A stretch of DNA of 63,868 nucleotides, the filler included, from Octopus bimaculoides (Eukaryota), in assembly GCF_001194135.2 (NCBI RefSeq). It is 5 parts of 5 records of this genome, joined end to end, with 100 filler letters (N's around TTAATTAATTAA, not from the genome) between each part and the next. Parts side by side here need not be neighbours in the genome. Positions count along the whole stretch, not along the records: positions 1 to 23,899 come from NC_068992.1; positions 24,000 to 43,104 come from NC_068995.1; 3 more parts are not named here. One strand, given 5' to 3'. The notes below the pieces were generated by a model. It was not told the DNA's origin. It made no database searches and saw only the letters and a program-made list of their open reading frames with translations. A program made the translations under genes and the position numbers. The first letter of the stretch is position 1, and each line of letters starts with the position of its first letter. Positions 11,456 through 24,404 of this stretch are shown here, one piece after another.

Positions 11456-12890
11456 CTGCAAGCAGAAAATTAATTCAATTTTAACTGAAAAAAAAAATTA
11501 CAAAAAATACAAAAGCATTGTTATTTAGCCCCAGGTCTATGATCACAAGCATTCCTGTCAGGAGTAAGTAGAGTGCTTCTTTTGATGTATCCTTCATTGT
11601 TAAAGACAGCTGGCTTTGATTTGAAAGAGATTCGACAGATATTTTTAGCAGGACAAGCAACCACAAAGAGGTCCTTTTATTGGCTCAAATACAGAAATAT
11701 TGATTTTGTTTTCCAGTCTTGCTAGGGACCTACACTCTTTTGCAATGCCAAGTGCCTTTTGCAGCAGGTGTTCAGAGAGCTTACAACCCATGCTGACACA
11801 TACTTTGATTCCAGCATTGAGTGTTTTTGCTGTTCTAGGCCACAACCAGCAATAGCATGCATAGAGATGTTAACAGAGATATTAAAAATCAAGCACAGGC
11901 ATTGCTTGAAGCTTTTTATAGTGAGAAAAGGTCTTGCACAGGGTCTAATCCTACACTCAAAACAATGAATGCATTTACTCTGAAAAAAAAGAACTAGTCT
12001 AAATCATTGGATGCAACATCACAGGAGTTACATCAGAGTTCCCTTTCTCCTACAGAGATGTCTAAAAAAGATAAGGGGTCTTGTGCTTCTAACTGTAGGA
12101 TGATCTCTAATTCTGAAAAATTTATGTCCTTTGACATGTTTGCTTTTCATCCTGCAGAGTGTCCAACGAAAACAACCTACCATTTTTTTTTTTTAATCAT
12201 TTTTTTTAAATTTAATTTATTAATCCAATTTACATCAAATATTTTTGTTTTCATCGATTACAATAAGTAAAGATTACAAAAAAATTTTTTCAGAAATTGC
12301 ATAAAAAATTGGATTAAGCCGTTTGGCAACTTGGCTGATTTGGGCAAGTTGGTAGGAGGTTAAAAAATAATTATAAAAAGGTCAATAATTAATAAAAAGA
12401 AAAAAAAAAAAAGAAACATCCTTTGCATGCAAGCAAGGCAGTCAAAATCACATACGAAAAGCAGGGTTGATAAAGTTGCCAGTTTAGCCACCAACAATTT
12501 GATGATACAACAGATTGAACTGGGTCACATTTTACCAGTAGCACTAAGAGTGACCCAACATGTGTACACACACACACACACACAGTAAGCCAGTAAAAAG
12601 TCCTTGAAAAATTTTTTAATTTGAATTTTTTAAACTTTGATTCCATTTATAATAGAATTAATCTGTAAAGGACATTTAAAGACCTGATTCATGAATCAAA
12701 ACTGAACAGCTTTCCATAAATGACTTTTATAATAGCAAATTATATTTCAAAGACTTCAGAATTATATCACAGAATGTAAATGAAATGATGGTAGAAATGT
12801 AGAAAATTAACAATCTCAAGAATAGATAGGGAGTAGTCCTGAAAGTATGGCAGCAAGAATAAGAATGATTGTTGAGCAAAGTTCAGAGCT

Positions 12891-13320
12891 ACTTACCCTT
12901 GTTGGTAACAAAGAGCCTCTCCTTCAAAGTGAAAGGCAGATTGTATGATGCCTGTATATGAACAGCTGTGCTACATGGTAGTGAGACATGGTCTGTGACT
13001 GCTGAGGACATGCAAAAGCTTGAAGGAAATGAAGCCAGCATGCTCTGCCAGATGGGTAATGTCTGTGTGCATGTATGGCAGAGTATAAGTGATTTGAGAG
13101 AAAAACTAGGTATTGAAGACATCAGAGGTAGTGTGCAAGAGAGAAGATTGCACTGGTGTAGTCATGTGATGCATATGGATGAAAATAGCTGTATCAAGAA
13201 GTGCTGATCTTGAATTGTGAAGGGAACATGTGGAAGGGTAGACCCAGGTGGACATGGGACCAAGTGGTGAAAAAGGATCTTCAGACATTGTTGCTTACAG
13301 AAGGGATGACAAAGGAGTAA
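12891..13320 (+). mobile_element. RTE-clade LINE, RT C-terminal fragment (decayed)
   Basis: LHGSETWSVTAEDMQKLE...RRLHWCSHVMHM, with stops and frameshifts. Confidence 0.85.
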
Positions 13321-14359
13321 CACTTCTGGTGGTTTGCTATGCTTGGAAGTAGCCATTCACACAGATAAGCATGTCTTCTATGTCCCTCTCTCAGCTGAGA
13401 GATCCTGTTCTTGTGAGCTCACAGATGCTGGGGCTGCATAAAAGCACATGTGCTAGTGCCACATAAAAGCACCTGTGCTGGTGACACATAAAAGCAACAA
13501 TGTTAGTGCCACATAGAAAGCACCCAGTATATTCTGTGAAGTGGTTAGCATTAGGAAGGGCATCCAGCTGTAGAAATCGTTCCAAAGCAAACAAATGGAG
13601 TCTAGGCAACACTTCAGCTGGTCAGCTTCTGTCAAACCATCCAACCTATGCCAGCATGGACAATGAACATTAAATGATGATGATGATGATGATGTCGCCA
13701 GTTCCTTCACCTATCTTTTCACAAGATAATTCTATCTCATAAACAGACAACAGAGATGATGATGATGATGATGACGATACCATCACATAATTATTTCTAA
13801 TTACAGGCATGACTGTCTGGTAAAGAAGTTTGCTTCCCAACCACATGGCTTCAGGTTCAATTTCACTGCATGGCACCTTGAGCAAGTGCCTTCTAAAGAA
13901 ACATTGGGCCAACCAAAACCTTCTGAATGGATTTGACAAGTGGAAACCGAAAGAAGCCCATCATGAGTGCATGTGCATATGTTTGTGTGGCATGTGTATG
14001 TATGTATATGCCTGTGTGAGTGTGCTTGAGTCTCCTTGTCTGGAGACATTACATGGTCATTTTGAATAAGCATCACTGTCATACAAGCAGTGTCATTCAT
14101 TTCCAATATTCTGCAGAAACATGTCTGGTCATGGGGGAAATATTACCTTGTTTGGAAACACGTGAAAGTTGGTGACAGGAAGGGTATGAAGCTGTAGAAA
14201 ATCTGCCTCTGTAATCTCCATCTGACCCAAGCAGATATGGAAATATTCATCATCTGAAAGTCTCCACTTCTTTCTGTCTCCTGTTTTGCATGCATACATA
14301 TATGCATATTTTGTATTTCATACCCAAACTGCTATATTTAATATATCTCATTTGTTTAT

Positions 14360-15792
14360 TTTTCCTTACCTCTGCTGGCGACAAAGGAACTCTCACTCAG
14401 AGTAAAGGGCAGACTGTATGACGCATGTGTACGAACAGTCATGCTACATGGCAGTGAAACATGGGCTGTGACTGCTGAGGACATGCGTAAGCTCGCAAAG
14501 AATGAAGCCCGTATGCTCCGCTGGATGTGTAATGTCAGTGTGCATACCCAACAAAGTGTAAGTATCTTGAGAGAAAAGCTGAACATAAGAAGCATCAGTT
14601 GTGGTGTGCAAGAGAGGCGATTGCGCTGGTATGGACATGTGGTGAGAATGGACGAGGATAGCTACGTGAAAAAGTGCCACACCCTAACAGTTGAGGGAAC
14701 CCGTGGAAGAGGTAGGCCCAGGAAGACCTGGGCTGAGGTGGTGAGGCAAGACCTTCAAACATTGGGCCTCACCGAGGCAATGACTTCTGACCGAGACCTT
14801 TGGAAATGTACTGTGCGTGAGAAGACCCGGCAAGCCAAGTGAGACCTAAATCCAAGGCCTCTGCCAGAGGTGTAGCCAGCCCACTTATGCATACCTTTNN
14901 NNNNNNNNNNNNNNNNNNNNNNNNNNNNNNNNNNNNNNNNNNNNNNNNNNNNNNNNNNNNNNNNNNNNNNNNNNNNNNNNNNNNNNNNNNNNNNNNNNNN
15001 NNNNNNNNNNNNNNNNNNNNNNNNNNNNNNNNNNNNNNNNNNNNNNNNNNNNNNNNNNNNNNNNNNNNNNNNNNNNNNNNNNNNNNNNNNNNNNNNNNNN
15101 NNNNNNNNNNNNNNNNNNNNNNNNNNNNNNNNNNNNNNNNNNNNNNNNNNNNNNNNNNNNNNNNNNNNNNNNNNNNNNNNNNNNNNNNNNNNNNNNNNNN
15201 NNNNNNNNNNNNNNNNNNNNNNNNNNNNNNNNNNNNNNNNNNNNNNNNNNNNNNNNNNNNNNNNNNNNNNNNNNNNNNNNNNNNNNNNNNNNNNNNNNNN
15301 NNNNNNNNNNNNNNNNNNNNNNNNNNNNNNNNNNNNNNNNNNNNNNNNNNNNNNNNNNNNNNNNNNNNNNNNNNNNNNNNNNNNNNNNNNNNNNNNNNNN
15401 NNNNNNNNNNNNNNNNNNNNNNNNNNNNNNNNNNNNNNNNNNNNNNNNNNNNNNNNNNNNNNNNNNNNNNNNNNNNNNNNNNNNNNNNNNNNNNNNNNNN
15501 NNNNNNNNNNNNNNNNNNNNNNNNNNNNNNNNNNNNNNNNNNNNNNNNNNNNNNNNNNNATTTTGAGCGTGGCCATTGCCAGTACCGCCTGACTGGCCTT
15601 CGTGCGGGTGACATGTAAAAGCACCCACTACACTCTCTGAGTGGTTGGCGTTAGGAAGGGCATCTAGCTGTAGAAACTGCCAAATCAGATTGGAGCCTGG
15701 TGTTGCCATCCGGTTTCACCAGTCCTCAGTCAAATCGTCCAACCCATGCTAGCATGGAAAGCGGATGTTAAACGATGATGATGATGATGATG
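14360..15792 (+). mobile_element. 5'-truncated RTE-clade LINE with 3' UTR and (TGA)n tail, spanning a gap
   Basis: ORF 14441-14842 MLHGSETW...RRLRWYGHVVRM...GRPRKTWAEVVRQDL. After the gap the sequence ends in ...gttaaacgatgatgatg. Confidence 0.85.
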
Positions 15793-16249
15793 AATTGCCT
15801 CCATATCTGCTCAACATGATCCCTCTCATAGCCATTCTTTATCCCATGGAATGGATCCCCAGTAAAGACATTGGAGTCTAAATTTGAATGTTTTGTGTGC
15901 TTCTAAGTATCTGGTGACGTCCTGTACCATATATGCATATATAATATATATATATGTCTTCTTTCAGTTTCTGTCCATCAAGGCCACTCAAAAGGTTTCT
16001 GTTGGCCCCTGGCCCCAGGGCCATAGTGGAAGACACTTGCCCAAGGTACCATGTAGTGGGACTGAACCCAAGACCATGTAGTTGGGAAGCAAACTTCTTA
16101 CTACACAGGTATGCCACATCCATAGTCGCAGCTGTCACCTTAATAAAGGAAGGACAGAAGGGCACATTGACTATTGTAGTCCCAGGTGGACGTAAAGAAC
16201 AAAATAATTATGGCTGAAACATCTTTGATCAACATAGTTGCTCTGTCGA

Positions 16250-16420
16250 GGTTAAACAATAACAGCAGCAGCAACAGCAGCAGCAACATCAACAATAACA
16301 GCAGTAGCAGCAACAACAGCAACAAATTCAACAACAGCAGCAAAAACATCAACAATAACAGCAACAACAACAGCAGCAGCAACAAATTCAGCAACAACAG
16401 CAACAAATTCAGCAGCAGCC
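16250..16420. repeat. Compound (CAA/CAG)n trinucleotide repeat just inside the LIG3 intron
   Basis: Direct inspection; starts about 18 nt after the 16437 donor. Confidence 0.9.
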
Positions 16421-16437
16421 TGACAGAATTTTTTTAC

Positions 16438-16740
16438 CTTTGATGTTGAGGATTTTTTGTCCCCTTCCACATTATCAGAACGAGATTTCTGAAACATTTC
16501 ATCAATTTTACGTGCTTTGCTTTTTGAAGATTGCCCTGGTGATTCCTGCTCCTCTTTCATTGGTATTTTCCGCTTGACCGGAGTCTTTTGCAGGGACGAC
16601 TGGCTGTTTTTGTGGTCATCGCTGCTTTGTTCTGCATCTCCTTTGAAGTCATTTTCTTTAGAAGAGTCATCTGCAGGTGATGCCTTCGGAGTAACGAGAT
16701 TTGGAAAGTCGGACACCTCTTTCGATGACTTGTAAAGTTC
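16438..16740 (-). CDS. LIG3: DNA ligase III exon (ELYKSSKE... followed by a low-complexity K/S/D/E linker)
   Basis: Acceptor tttcaaaag|GAA, donor AAG|GTAAAA. 303 nt, phase 0-0. ELYKSSKE continues human ...QLKELYQLSKE (recalled). Confidence 0.88.
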
Positions 16741-19329
16741 CTTTTGAAACAAGCAAAAATAACAGAAAAAGTTAGAATTATAATACAAGAGGGTTAAATA
16801 TATGCAAAAAGCACATGCTCGTGCCACATAAAAAATACCCAGTACATTCCGGAAAGTGGTTGGTGTAGGAAGTGCATCAAGCTATAGACACTTTACCAAA
16901 TCAGACAATTGGAGCCTGGTGCAACTCCCTGGCTTGCCATCTCCTGTCAAACCATCCAACCCATACCAGTATGGCAAATGGACATTAAATGATGAAGAAG
17001 ATAATATACGATGAATTGTTTTCAATTTCCATCTATTTGAGCGCGATTGTTTCCAGCTTCGCCTTACTTGCACTCGTGCCAGTGGCATATGAACAAAACA
17101 CAAAACATTGGACTGACTCCTGTGCAGATGGCACATAAAAAAACACCATTTGAGCGTGGCTGTTGCCAGTACTGCCGGACTGGCCCTCGTGCCAATGGCA
17201 CGTAAAAAGCACCCACAACACTCTCGAAATGGTTGGTGTTAGGAAGGGCATCCAGCTGTAGAAACTCTGCCAAATCAGATTGGAGTCTGGTGTAGCCATC
17301 TGATTCGCCAGTCCCCAGTCAAATCATCCAACCCATGCTAGCATGGAAAGCAGACGTTAAATGAAAATGATGATGATGATGATGATGAAAGCCATTGACA
17401 AGTCTTTTGTCAGCCAGGAGCTTTAGCACAAGACATTTACCAAGATGTTGTGCAATGGGACTGAACCCCAGACAACATTGTTCAGAGTGAGAGAGAAAAG
17501 GCAGTTATCTCTGCTTTCTGTGGTATGAGGTGCAGGCATGGCTGTGTGGTTAAGAAGCTCACTTTGCAGCCATGTGGTTTCAGGTTCAATCCCACTGCAC
17601 AACACCTTGAACAAGGGTTTTCTGCTATAGAACTAAGCCAACAACCGCTTTGTGAATGAATTTAGTGGGTGAAACCCTTGTAGAAGTCCATCATCATTAT
17701 CATCATCATTATTTAACATCCGTTTTCCATGCTGGCATGGATCGGATGATTTGTCCAGAGCTAAGTAAGGCCAGGGGCCACACCAGGCTCCATTGTCTGT
17801 TCAGACATGGTTTCTAAGGTTGGATGCCCTTCCTAATGCCAACCACTCTACAGAGTGCACTGGGTGCTTTTTATATGACACCAGCATCAGTGCTTTTAAC
17901 ATGGCACCAGCATTGGTACCAATTTTGTTGTGACAGACATGTGTGTATGAGTGCCTTTCTGTTTTTGCCCTCCTACCTCCAATATCTCTCGATAGCCGGT
18001 GTTGGTTTGTTCACATCCCTGTAACCCCATAACTTAGCAGTTTGGCAAAAGCGACTGCTACAATAAGTACCATACTTTTAAAAAAAATAAGTATTAGAGT
18101 CAACATAAGTGAATAAAAGGCAAATATAAGTAAAGGACAAATGTAAGAGAATAAAGGGCAAATATGCTCCTCAAAAGTGCACCAGCCTACGATCATTCAG
18201 TCACTTTTTATTTGTTTTAAAAAAAAAATAAAGAGAGGATTGATTTAATAATCTTTACTGTTATAGACACAAAGCCTGAAATTTTGGGAGAAGGGACTAA
18301 TTGAGTATATTAACCCCTTGCTTGAGTAATATTTATTTTATTGGCCCCTAAAAGATGAAAGGCACAGTTGACCTTTGCAGAATTTGAACTCAGAATATAA
18401 AGGCAGATGAAATGCTGCTATGCATTTTGTCTGACATGATAATGATTCTCGCAGCTGACTGCCTTAGAAGGAGGATTAATTTAATAATATACCACAAACA
18501 CTTATTATACCGATTTCATTGATCAACTAAGAGTCATTTTATTGGCCAGCCAAGTATGGTGTCATTGACTAACCAAGTATGATCCTACAGGATAACCAAG
18601 TATGATTTGCTGGTCAAATATAATTTCGTTGACCAGTTAATTAGGATTTCATTAGCTAAATATAATTTCATTGATTAACCAAGTATGGTTTCAATGGGTG
18701 GCCAAGTATCATTTACATTGGTTAGACAATTATAATTTCAGCCATACCTATCATGTCTTTTTGTAATATCAAGGATTATGCTGTCCTTCAGGCAGTTGGG
18801 TCTAATTTGAAGGATATTTTGCTACTATTTCTAGCAAGTTATGTGAGTGCAAAGTATCCAATCACTGTTATTTATATCGTTTTTTAGCCATAGGTCAGCT
18901 CAGAGCAAGAAGACCTATGATCAAAATGTTCCAGATATGATCATCCCATCTTATAATTTTAGATAAGGAATTTCCTTACCTACATTCTACATTCTCTTAT
19001 GTTACCTGTCATTCGATTTTTAAGATGGCAAAGCAGAGATGGAGGGAATTTGACTGCTATGTCTAGTGATTACATACAGGTTCTCCCATTAGTTTATAAA
19101 GCATCCAGTCAGGTTGTAGTTTCCCTGAAGTCATGGATGTTTAAAAAAATCCCACACCTCACTCCTCATTTTTTTTGCTTTCGAGTAACAAGAGAATAAT
19201 GAGTGTTAACAAATGGGACTAAAAGGTATTTTGTTGAAATTCTTTGATGAATATCAAAACATTGCAGGAGCCAAATCAGCATTTTATCATCAGAAGAGGA
19301 GAAGTTGGAAAAAAAGTAAGTTTGCTATC

Positions 19330-19830
19330 TTCAATTTGGTTTCCATGCTTTTCCTCATCTATGGTCACAAATGCTGGGTAATGACTGAAAGAATTCAATC
19401 ACAAATACAAATGGCCAAAATGAAGCTCCTTCAAAGAATCTGTGGAGAAACGTCACCAGACAGAGTGCATGGCTCAGAAATCAGGTAATTTCTCCAGATC
19501 AAGCTGCTACTTCTCGGCACCGAAAGGTCATTGTTCTGATACTAAAGACATACGGTCAGAATATTGTAGGAAAGAATCACAAGATGAGTTCTTAAAGCTG
19601 AGTCAACCGGCAGGAGACTAAGAAGTAGACCAAGAATGAGATGGTTGGAATAATAACCATAGCCTCAGCTGGTCACACTAGGGAATCCAGCCGGAGAGGA
19701 TTATGATAGATGCTTCTGACTTACAGGAGACCTAGAAGTCGAACAAGAATAAGATGGTTGGAATAATTACCATAGTCTTAGTTGGTCATTCTTGGGAATC
19801 CAGTAGGAAAATGTAATGACGGTTGCTTCT
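19330..19830 (+). mobile_element. Old RTE-like LINE fragment with a partially duplicated 3' part
   Basis: LIYGHKCWVMTERIQSQIQMAKMKLLQRICG resembles RTE LxYGxExW...EMxFLRRI. The tagaagt...gagatggttgga segment is repeated. Confidence 0.6.
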
Positions 19831-19911
19831 GACAGGACCCTATGGATGAGGTGCTTCAGGAATACTGGGTGGAGAAAATGGAAAGGACCTAACTTTCATT
19901 GACATACTCAC

Positions 19912-20276
19912 CTTAAGCCTTGGTAGGTCAGTTGCTTCTTTCCAGCTTTTATCTGTTCGTATTTTGGTGAGACGAGGGAACCTAATGGAAATCCCATCAG
20001 CTGTGTGAATTTCAGCCTTGCTAAATTCTGCTCCGGTGATCTCCCAAACTGGTGCCTGATATGGATCTTCAACAATAAAATCTGGTATGACATTCTTTTT
20101 TATATTTAACCAAGATGGTACTTTCTGAACATCCTTGCTAATTTTTACCATCTTCAGCTCCTTCTGCAAACGGTCTAAGGTTCTGTCATCGAAACCATTA
20201 CCAACTTTGCTAACAGTACACCACTTTTTGGTGAATGGATTGTATACTCCTGTTAAAAACACCGACATAAGTCCAC
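19912..20276 (-). CDS. LIG3: DNA ligase III OB-fold exon (GGLMSVFLTGVYNP...VWEITGAEFSKAEIHTADGISIRFPRLTKIRTDKSWKEATDLPRLK)
   Basis: Contains ligase motif VI SIRFPR and the LIG3-diagnostic VWEITGAEFSK/HTADGISIRFPR. Splice sites ctag|GT and AAG|GTGAGT; 365 nt (2+363). Confidence 0.96.
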
Positions 20277-20876
20277 CTAGCAGAGAAGAGAAGTACAATG
20301 AAACATAAGTTCCAGAATACATGAAAGAAAGGTAAAACAGAACTGTTAAAGATGACTAAATGAATAGAGGCATGACTGAGATTAAACAGTTCACAGTTCT
20401 GGTGATATAATGAAATACACCCAGTTGAGAGAGTAAAATGTTTGGTGACAGGAAACCTGCAATCCTTGGTCTGTCCAACAAGCCTTTCACCACACTAATC
20501 GCTATGCCTAACCCATCATCCCTAGGACATTATCCCACTGTAATCTCCAATGGATTTCTGAACTCAATATTCTACAAGCTATTATTTACAACTTTATCTA
20601 ATTCAAGTTCCACCAATAAAAAAAAATGATTTATTTTTATGTTTTACTGGTTTATTGTGCTTTGCTTCATGAACAGAATAAATTTCAGATGACATGCTGG
20701 GTGGAGAACAATGGACCAATATAATTCACAAAAACTCTTGAATGTGGTGCTCCAGCATGGCCACAGACCAAAAGACTGAAACTTAGTAAACAAACAAATA
20801 AAAGAATCCAGAGGGAAAAAAAACACAGAGGTAAAAAATTTAAACAAAAACTAAATTGAAAAAATTTTTGAAATAC

Positions 20877-21000
20877 CTTTATTTCCAGTGCCATAGTAAG
20901 CTCCAAGAACAACCAAATCAGCAGAGTCTGCCATACTTCCTTGTTCTAAATAATCTTTTTTCACTTTCAACCAATGTCTCTTGCCTGGTTCATAAATACT
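20877..21000 (-). CDS. LIG3: DNA ligase III exon ([42 protein letters not shown])
   Basis: Ligase motif V (WLKVKKDY) and [10 protein letters not shown]. Splice sites attag|AGT and AAAG|GTATTT; 124 nt. Confidence 0.96.
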
Positions 21001-22986
21001 CTAATCACAGTGAGAAAGAGTGATTTGTATTAGATCAGATATCAGGTGTGAAATATGAAGATAGGAGTCACCACCCCACCTACTATGTCTCACCACCCAC
21101 CTGCAACCCCATGATTAATCCTTCTCCTACAAAAGTATCAACCCTTTGGAATTCTTGGACATATTCCAGTGTTTCACCAAACACTACCTGTCCACAGAAC
21201 CAGCCCCACACCAATCCAGATACTGATTCACAGGCATTTCCAATCAGTATTTATCTCACCAGCCTCATCCATAAGGCCTGCAAAGGTCATGGACACTAAA
21301 GCAGGTAGACAAGCATATATAAAATTTACATGAAGCTTATCAAGTGGTTTTTGAGGTTGCAACCTACAAATCAGCAGACCACAATCATTTAGTCATCACA
21401 TTTGAAGAGACAACTGTGATGTTACGGGATGAAATTCAGGACTATAGATAACTAGGAATATATGGATTAGCAATTATACAATATCTAAGACCATTTGTAT
21501 CAAAGGCTATGCATATCAAGGATTATAGGTATTTTGGACCAGCCATATCTTGGATTATACTTATCTGAGACAATATGTAGTTAAGGCAATACATATCTAA
21601 GAATATATGTACCTGGGAATATACATATCTAGGATTATATAAATTTCAAAGACCATATATATCTAGGACTATACATAACTAGGAATATATCCATATATTT
21701 AAACTGGTAATGGTTTTCTGATTAGCATAACTCAAAGTTCTTGATGATTCGGGTAAACACAGTTTTTGAACCGTGTACCACAGGTATGTAATTATACATT
21801 TGTTTGGTGCTTATCTTAATGAAACAGCTGTTGAAAACAATTAAAGTATGGACTATATGTGAAATTTATGCTTTTCTGATTTTATGCACACTAAGAAGAC
21901 ATACAACTAAGACTACATCTATCTAGGACTATATGTAACCAAGATACACATAACTAGGACTATATGAATGTAAAATAATACATGAACTATATGTAGCTAG
22001 AACTATGTCTATCTCAGAGTATATGTAGTATATATGAAAATCTGTAAACTGATGATGAAGGCTTGTATAGAGAATACAATGCTATGAGGTCTAATGGACT
22101 GAAACATGTCTGCAGTTATCCCCTTGCCTGAAACAAAGAGTAGATTGTTCTTTCCCTAAACATGAACCAGATGGCTACACCAGGCTCCAATCTGATTTGC
22201 CAGCTGTAGAAACACTGCCAAATCAGATTGGAGCCTGGTGTAGCCATCTGGTTCACCAGTCTTCAGTCAAATCATCCAACCCAAGCTAGCATGGAAAGTG
22301 GACGGTAAACGATGATGATGATGATGTAAACTAATTCTGAGAGATTAATTCTCAATGTTTTGAAACAGTCTCTCCTTTTCTTTTAAGAGTCTCTAACAAA
22401 CATTGCTGAGTTTTCATAATAGGAAAATTTCATTTCAGAATATTTGTGTGTACAGCATTCATTATTAACCTAGGACTATTACATCAGTTTAAATAAAACA
22501 TCTTGATCAGTTTAAATAAAACGTCTTGATCAGGTTCTACATCCATCTTCATCTTCATTTTCATCTTCATTTTCATCTTGACCTGGTCTTGCCACCAGAT
22601 TAAAGATGGTCACAAGTGAGAGAGCAAGGGAGACAGTGCACAACAATTATTCACTTTAAAGTCACTACACAAATCATCAATCATTCATAAGGATGACTAG
22701 ATGGTCCTCATCGCTCCAACAGATGAACATGTACAACTGCATCATCCAATACATGAAGATGTAAGAGTATGATATGAGGGAGATTTGGCTGCTATTTCTA
22801 GCAAACTCTAGTCATATAGAGGCTTTCTAGCTGGTCGTGTAAGATGGTTCTGATAATGTAAAGCCAACTGTAGCAAATATATTAAATTCCAAATAAACCA
22901 ATCAAGGAATTTCCAAAAAGGCAACTACAAAATATTTCTAGAACAAAGACCATAAAAGAGGAGAAAGGAAAGAAAAACTGTCTTAC

Positions 22987-23064
22987 TTTAATATGTTTCA
23001 AAACAAGTCCTTCTAATCCTTCACGAAAGACCTTTGTCATTAAAGACTGGAGATCAGTTGGTTC
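22987..23064 (-). CDS. LIG3: DNA ligase III exon (EPTDLQSLMTKVFREGLEGLVLKHIK)
   Basis: Ligase motif IV EGLVLK. Splice sites ttgttag|GAA and AAA|GTAAGA; 78 nt, phase 0-0. This is the most 5' LIG3 exon found in the window. Confidence 0.93.
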
Positions 23065-23583
23065 CTAACAATGAAGAAAGAAAAAATATCTAAAGAATAT
23101 ATAATCATGAAAGCAGATTCAAAACAAATCATGGAAAGACACAAAGAGGAAACATCACTGAAGAATATTCCTATACCACCAAGGAAAGTCTACATCAAGC
23201 AATTCATCAATAAGGCTCGTCCTGAGAAGAATGAAATAGAAGGCTTGGTGTCATGTAACAAGCACCATGTCCACTCTGTCAAGTGGTTAGCATCAGGAAG
23301 GGCATCCAGCTGCAGAAACTAAGCCAAAAAAGACTATGGGGCCAGCTGTGGCCTCTGGCCTTGCCAGTTCCTGTCAGGTGGTCCAACCTATGCCAGCATG
23401 GAAAACAGATGCTAAATGTTGATGATGATGAACCAATCTACCCCAGGACTAATTCTTTAAGATTAGTACTTACTCTGTCAGTCTCTCTTGCCAAATAACT
23501 AAGTTACAGAGACATAAACAAACCAACATCAATTGTTAGGCAAGAGTGAGAGGACAAACACAAACACACATACATTTATAATA

Positions 23584-23623
<40 letters not shown>

Positions 23624-23769
23624 AAGTGTAGTATATTGCCACTTAAGTGTGGCTGACCCCTGGGGGTGGATGTTACTGTTGCTTTTAGCCCCAGGAGGAC
23701 ATCTCCTCCAGCTGGCTTATCGACACACGACTGTGTCCTGTTTGCCAAGGGAAGTTATCCCTCTCACCT

Positions 23770-23835
23770 CGATCAGCAGCACGAACGTATCCGGATTTCA
23801 GGGTTATTTCCCTTCGTCGGCGTTCGACAGCTGAT
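23770..23835 (-). ncRNA. Type I hammerhead ribozyme motif (core variant CCGACGA), probably from a Penelope-like or retrozyme repeat
   Basis: Minus strand reads aucagc-ugu-CGAACG-CCGACGA-AGGG-aaauaa-CCCU-GAA-AUCCGGAU-A-CGUUCG-ugcu-gcugau. Stems I (6+6 bp with an internal loop), II (4 bp) and palindromic III all pair. Confidence 0.7.
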
Positions 23836-23899
23836 GACCTTGGTGAGAGAGACAAAAACCTGGCAAACTTATATCTTCTTTTCCAGTGAAATTCTTCAC

Positions 23900-23999
23900 N
23901 NNNNNNNNNNNNNNNNNNNNNNNNNNNNNNNNNNNNNNNNNNNTTAATTAATTAANNNNNNNNNNNNNNNNNNNNNNNNNNNNNNNNNNNNNNNNNNNN
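23900..23999. other. Artificial scaffold spacer (44 N + TTAATTAATTAA + 44 N); also at 43105-43204, 51385-51484 and 57731-57830
   Basis: The same 100-nt construct occurs four times, and the 12-mer has stop codons in all six frames. Confidence 0.9.
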
Positions 24000-24033
<34 letters not shown>

Positions 24034-24369
24034 TGAGTGTGTGCGCTGCAATTTATTGTATGAGGTGATCCATGCCATTGCTATCAGAATTGTCTTTGAT
24101 CTCAAAGCTTGGATACTGTTTAGTTGCAAAGATTTTGGCTATAACTTTAGCAAGAACAGGTCAATGATTTACACTGCATAACCGATATGGCATGGGTGTG
24201 GGTATGGGTGTGTACAAATGCATAGAAAGATACATACGTTTGTGTGCACATATGTGTGTATCTGTAGAGAAATTAGTCTGTTATCTAACTAAATATATGT
24301 GTGTGTGTGTGTGTATGTATTTGTGTGTGTGTGTGTATATATATATATCTCCAGTATTTTTGCTCCTTT

Positions 24370-24404
<35 letters not shown>

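Noticed and set aside
23831-23837. CTGATGA on the plus strand next to the hammerhead
   Set aside because: No stem II or GAAA follows; it is simply part of the minus-strand stem I flank.
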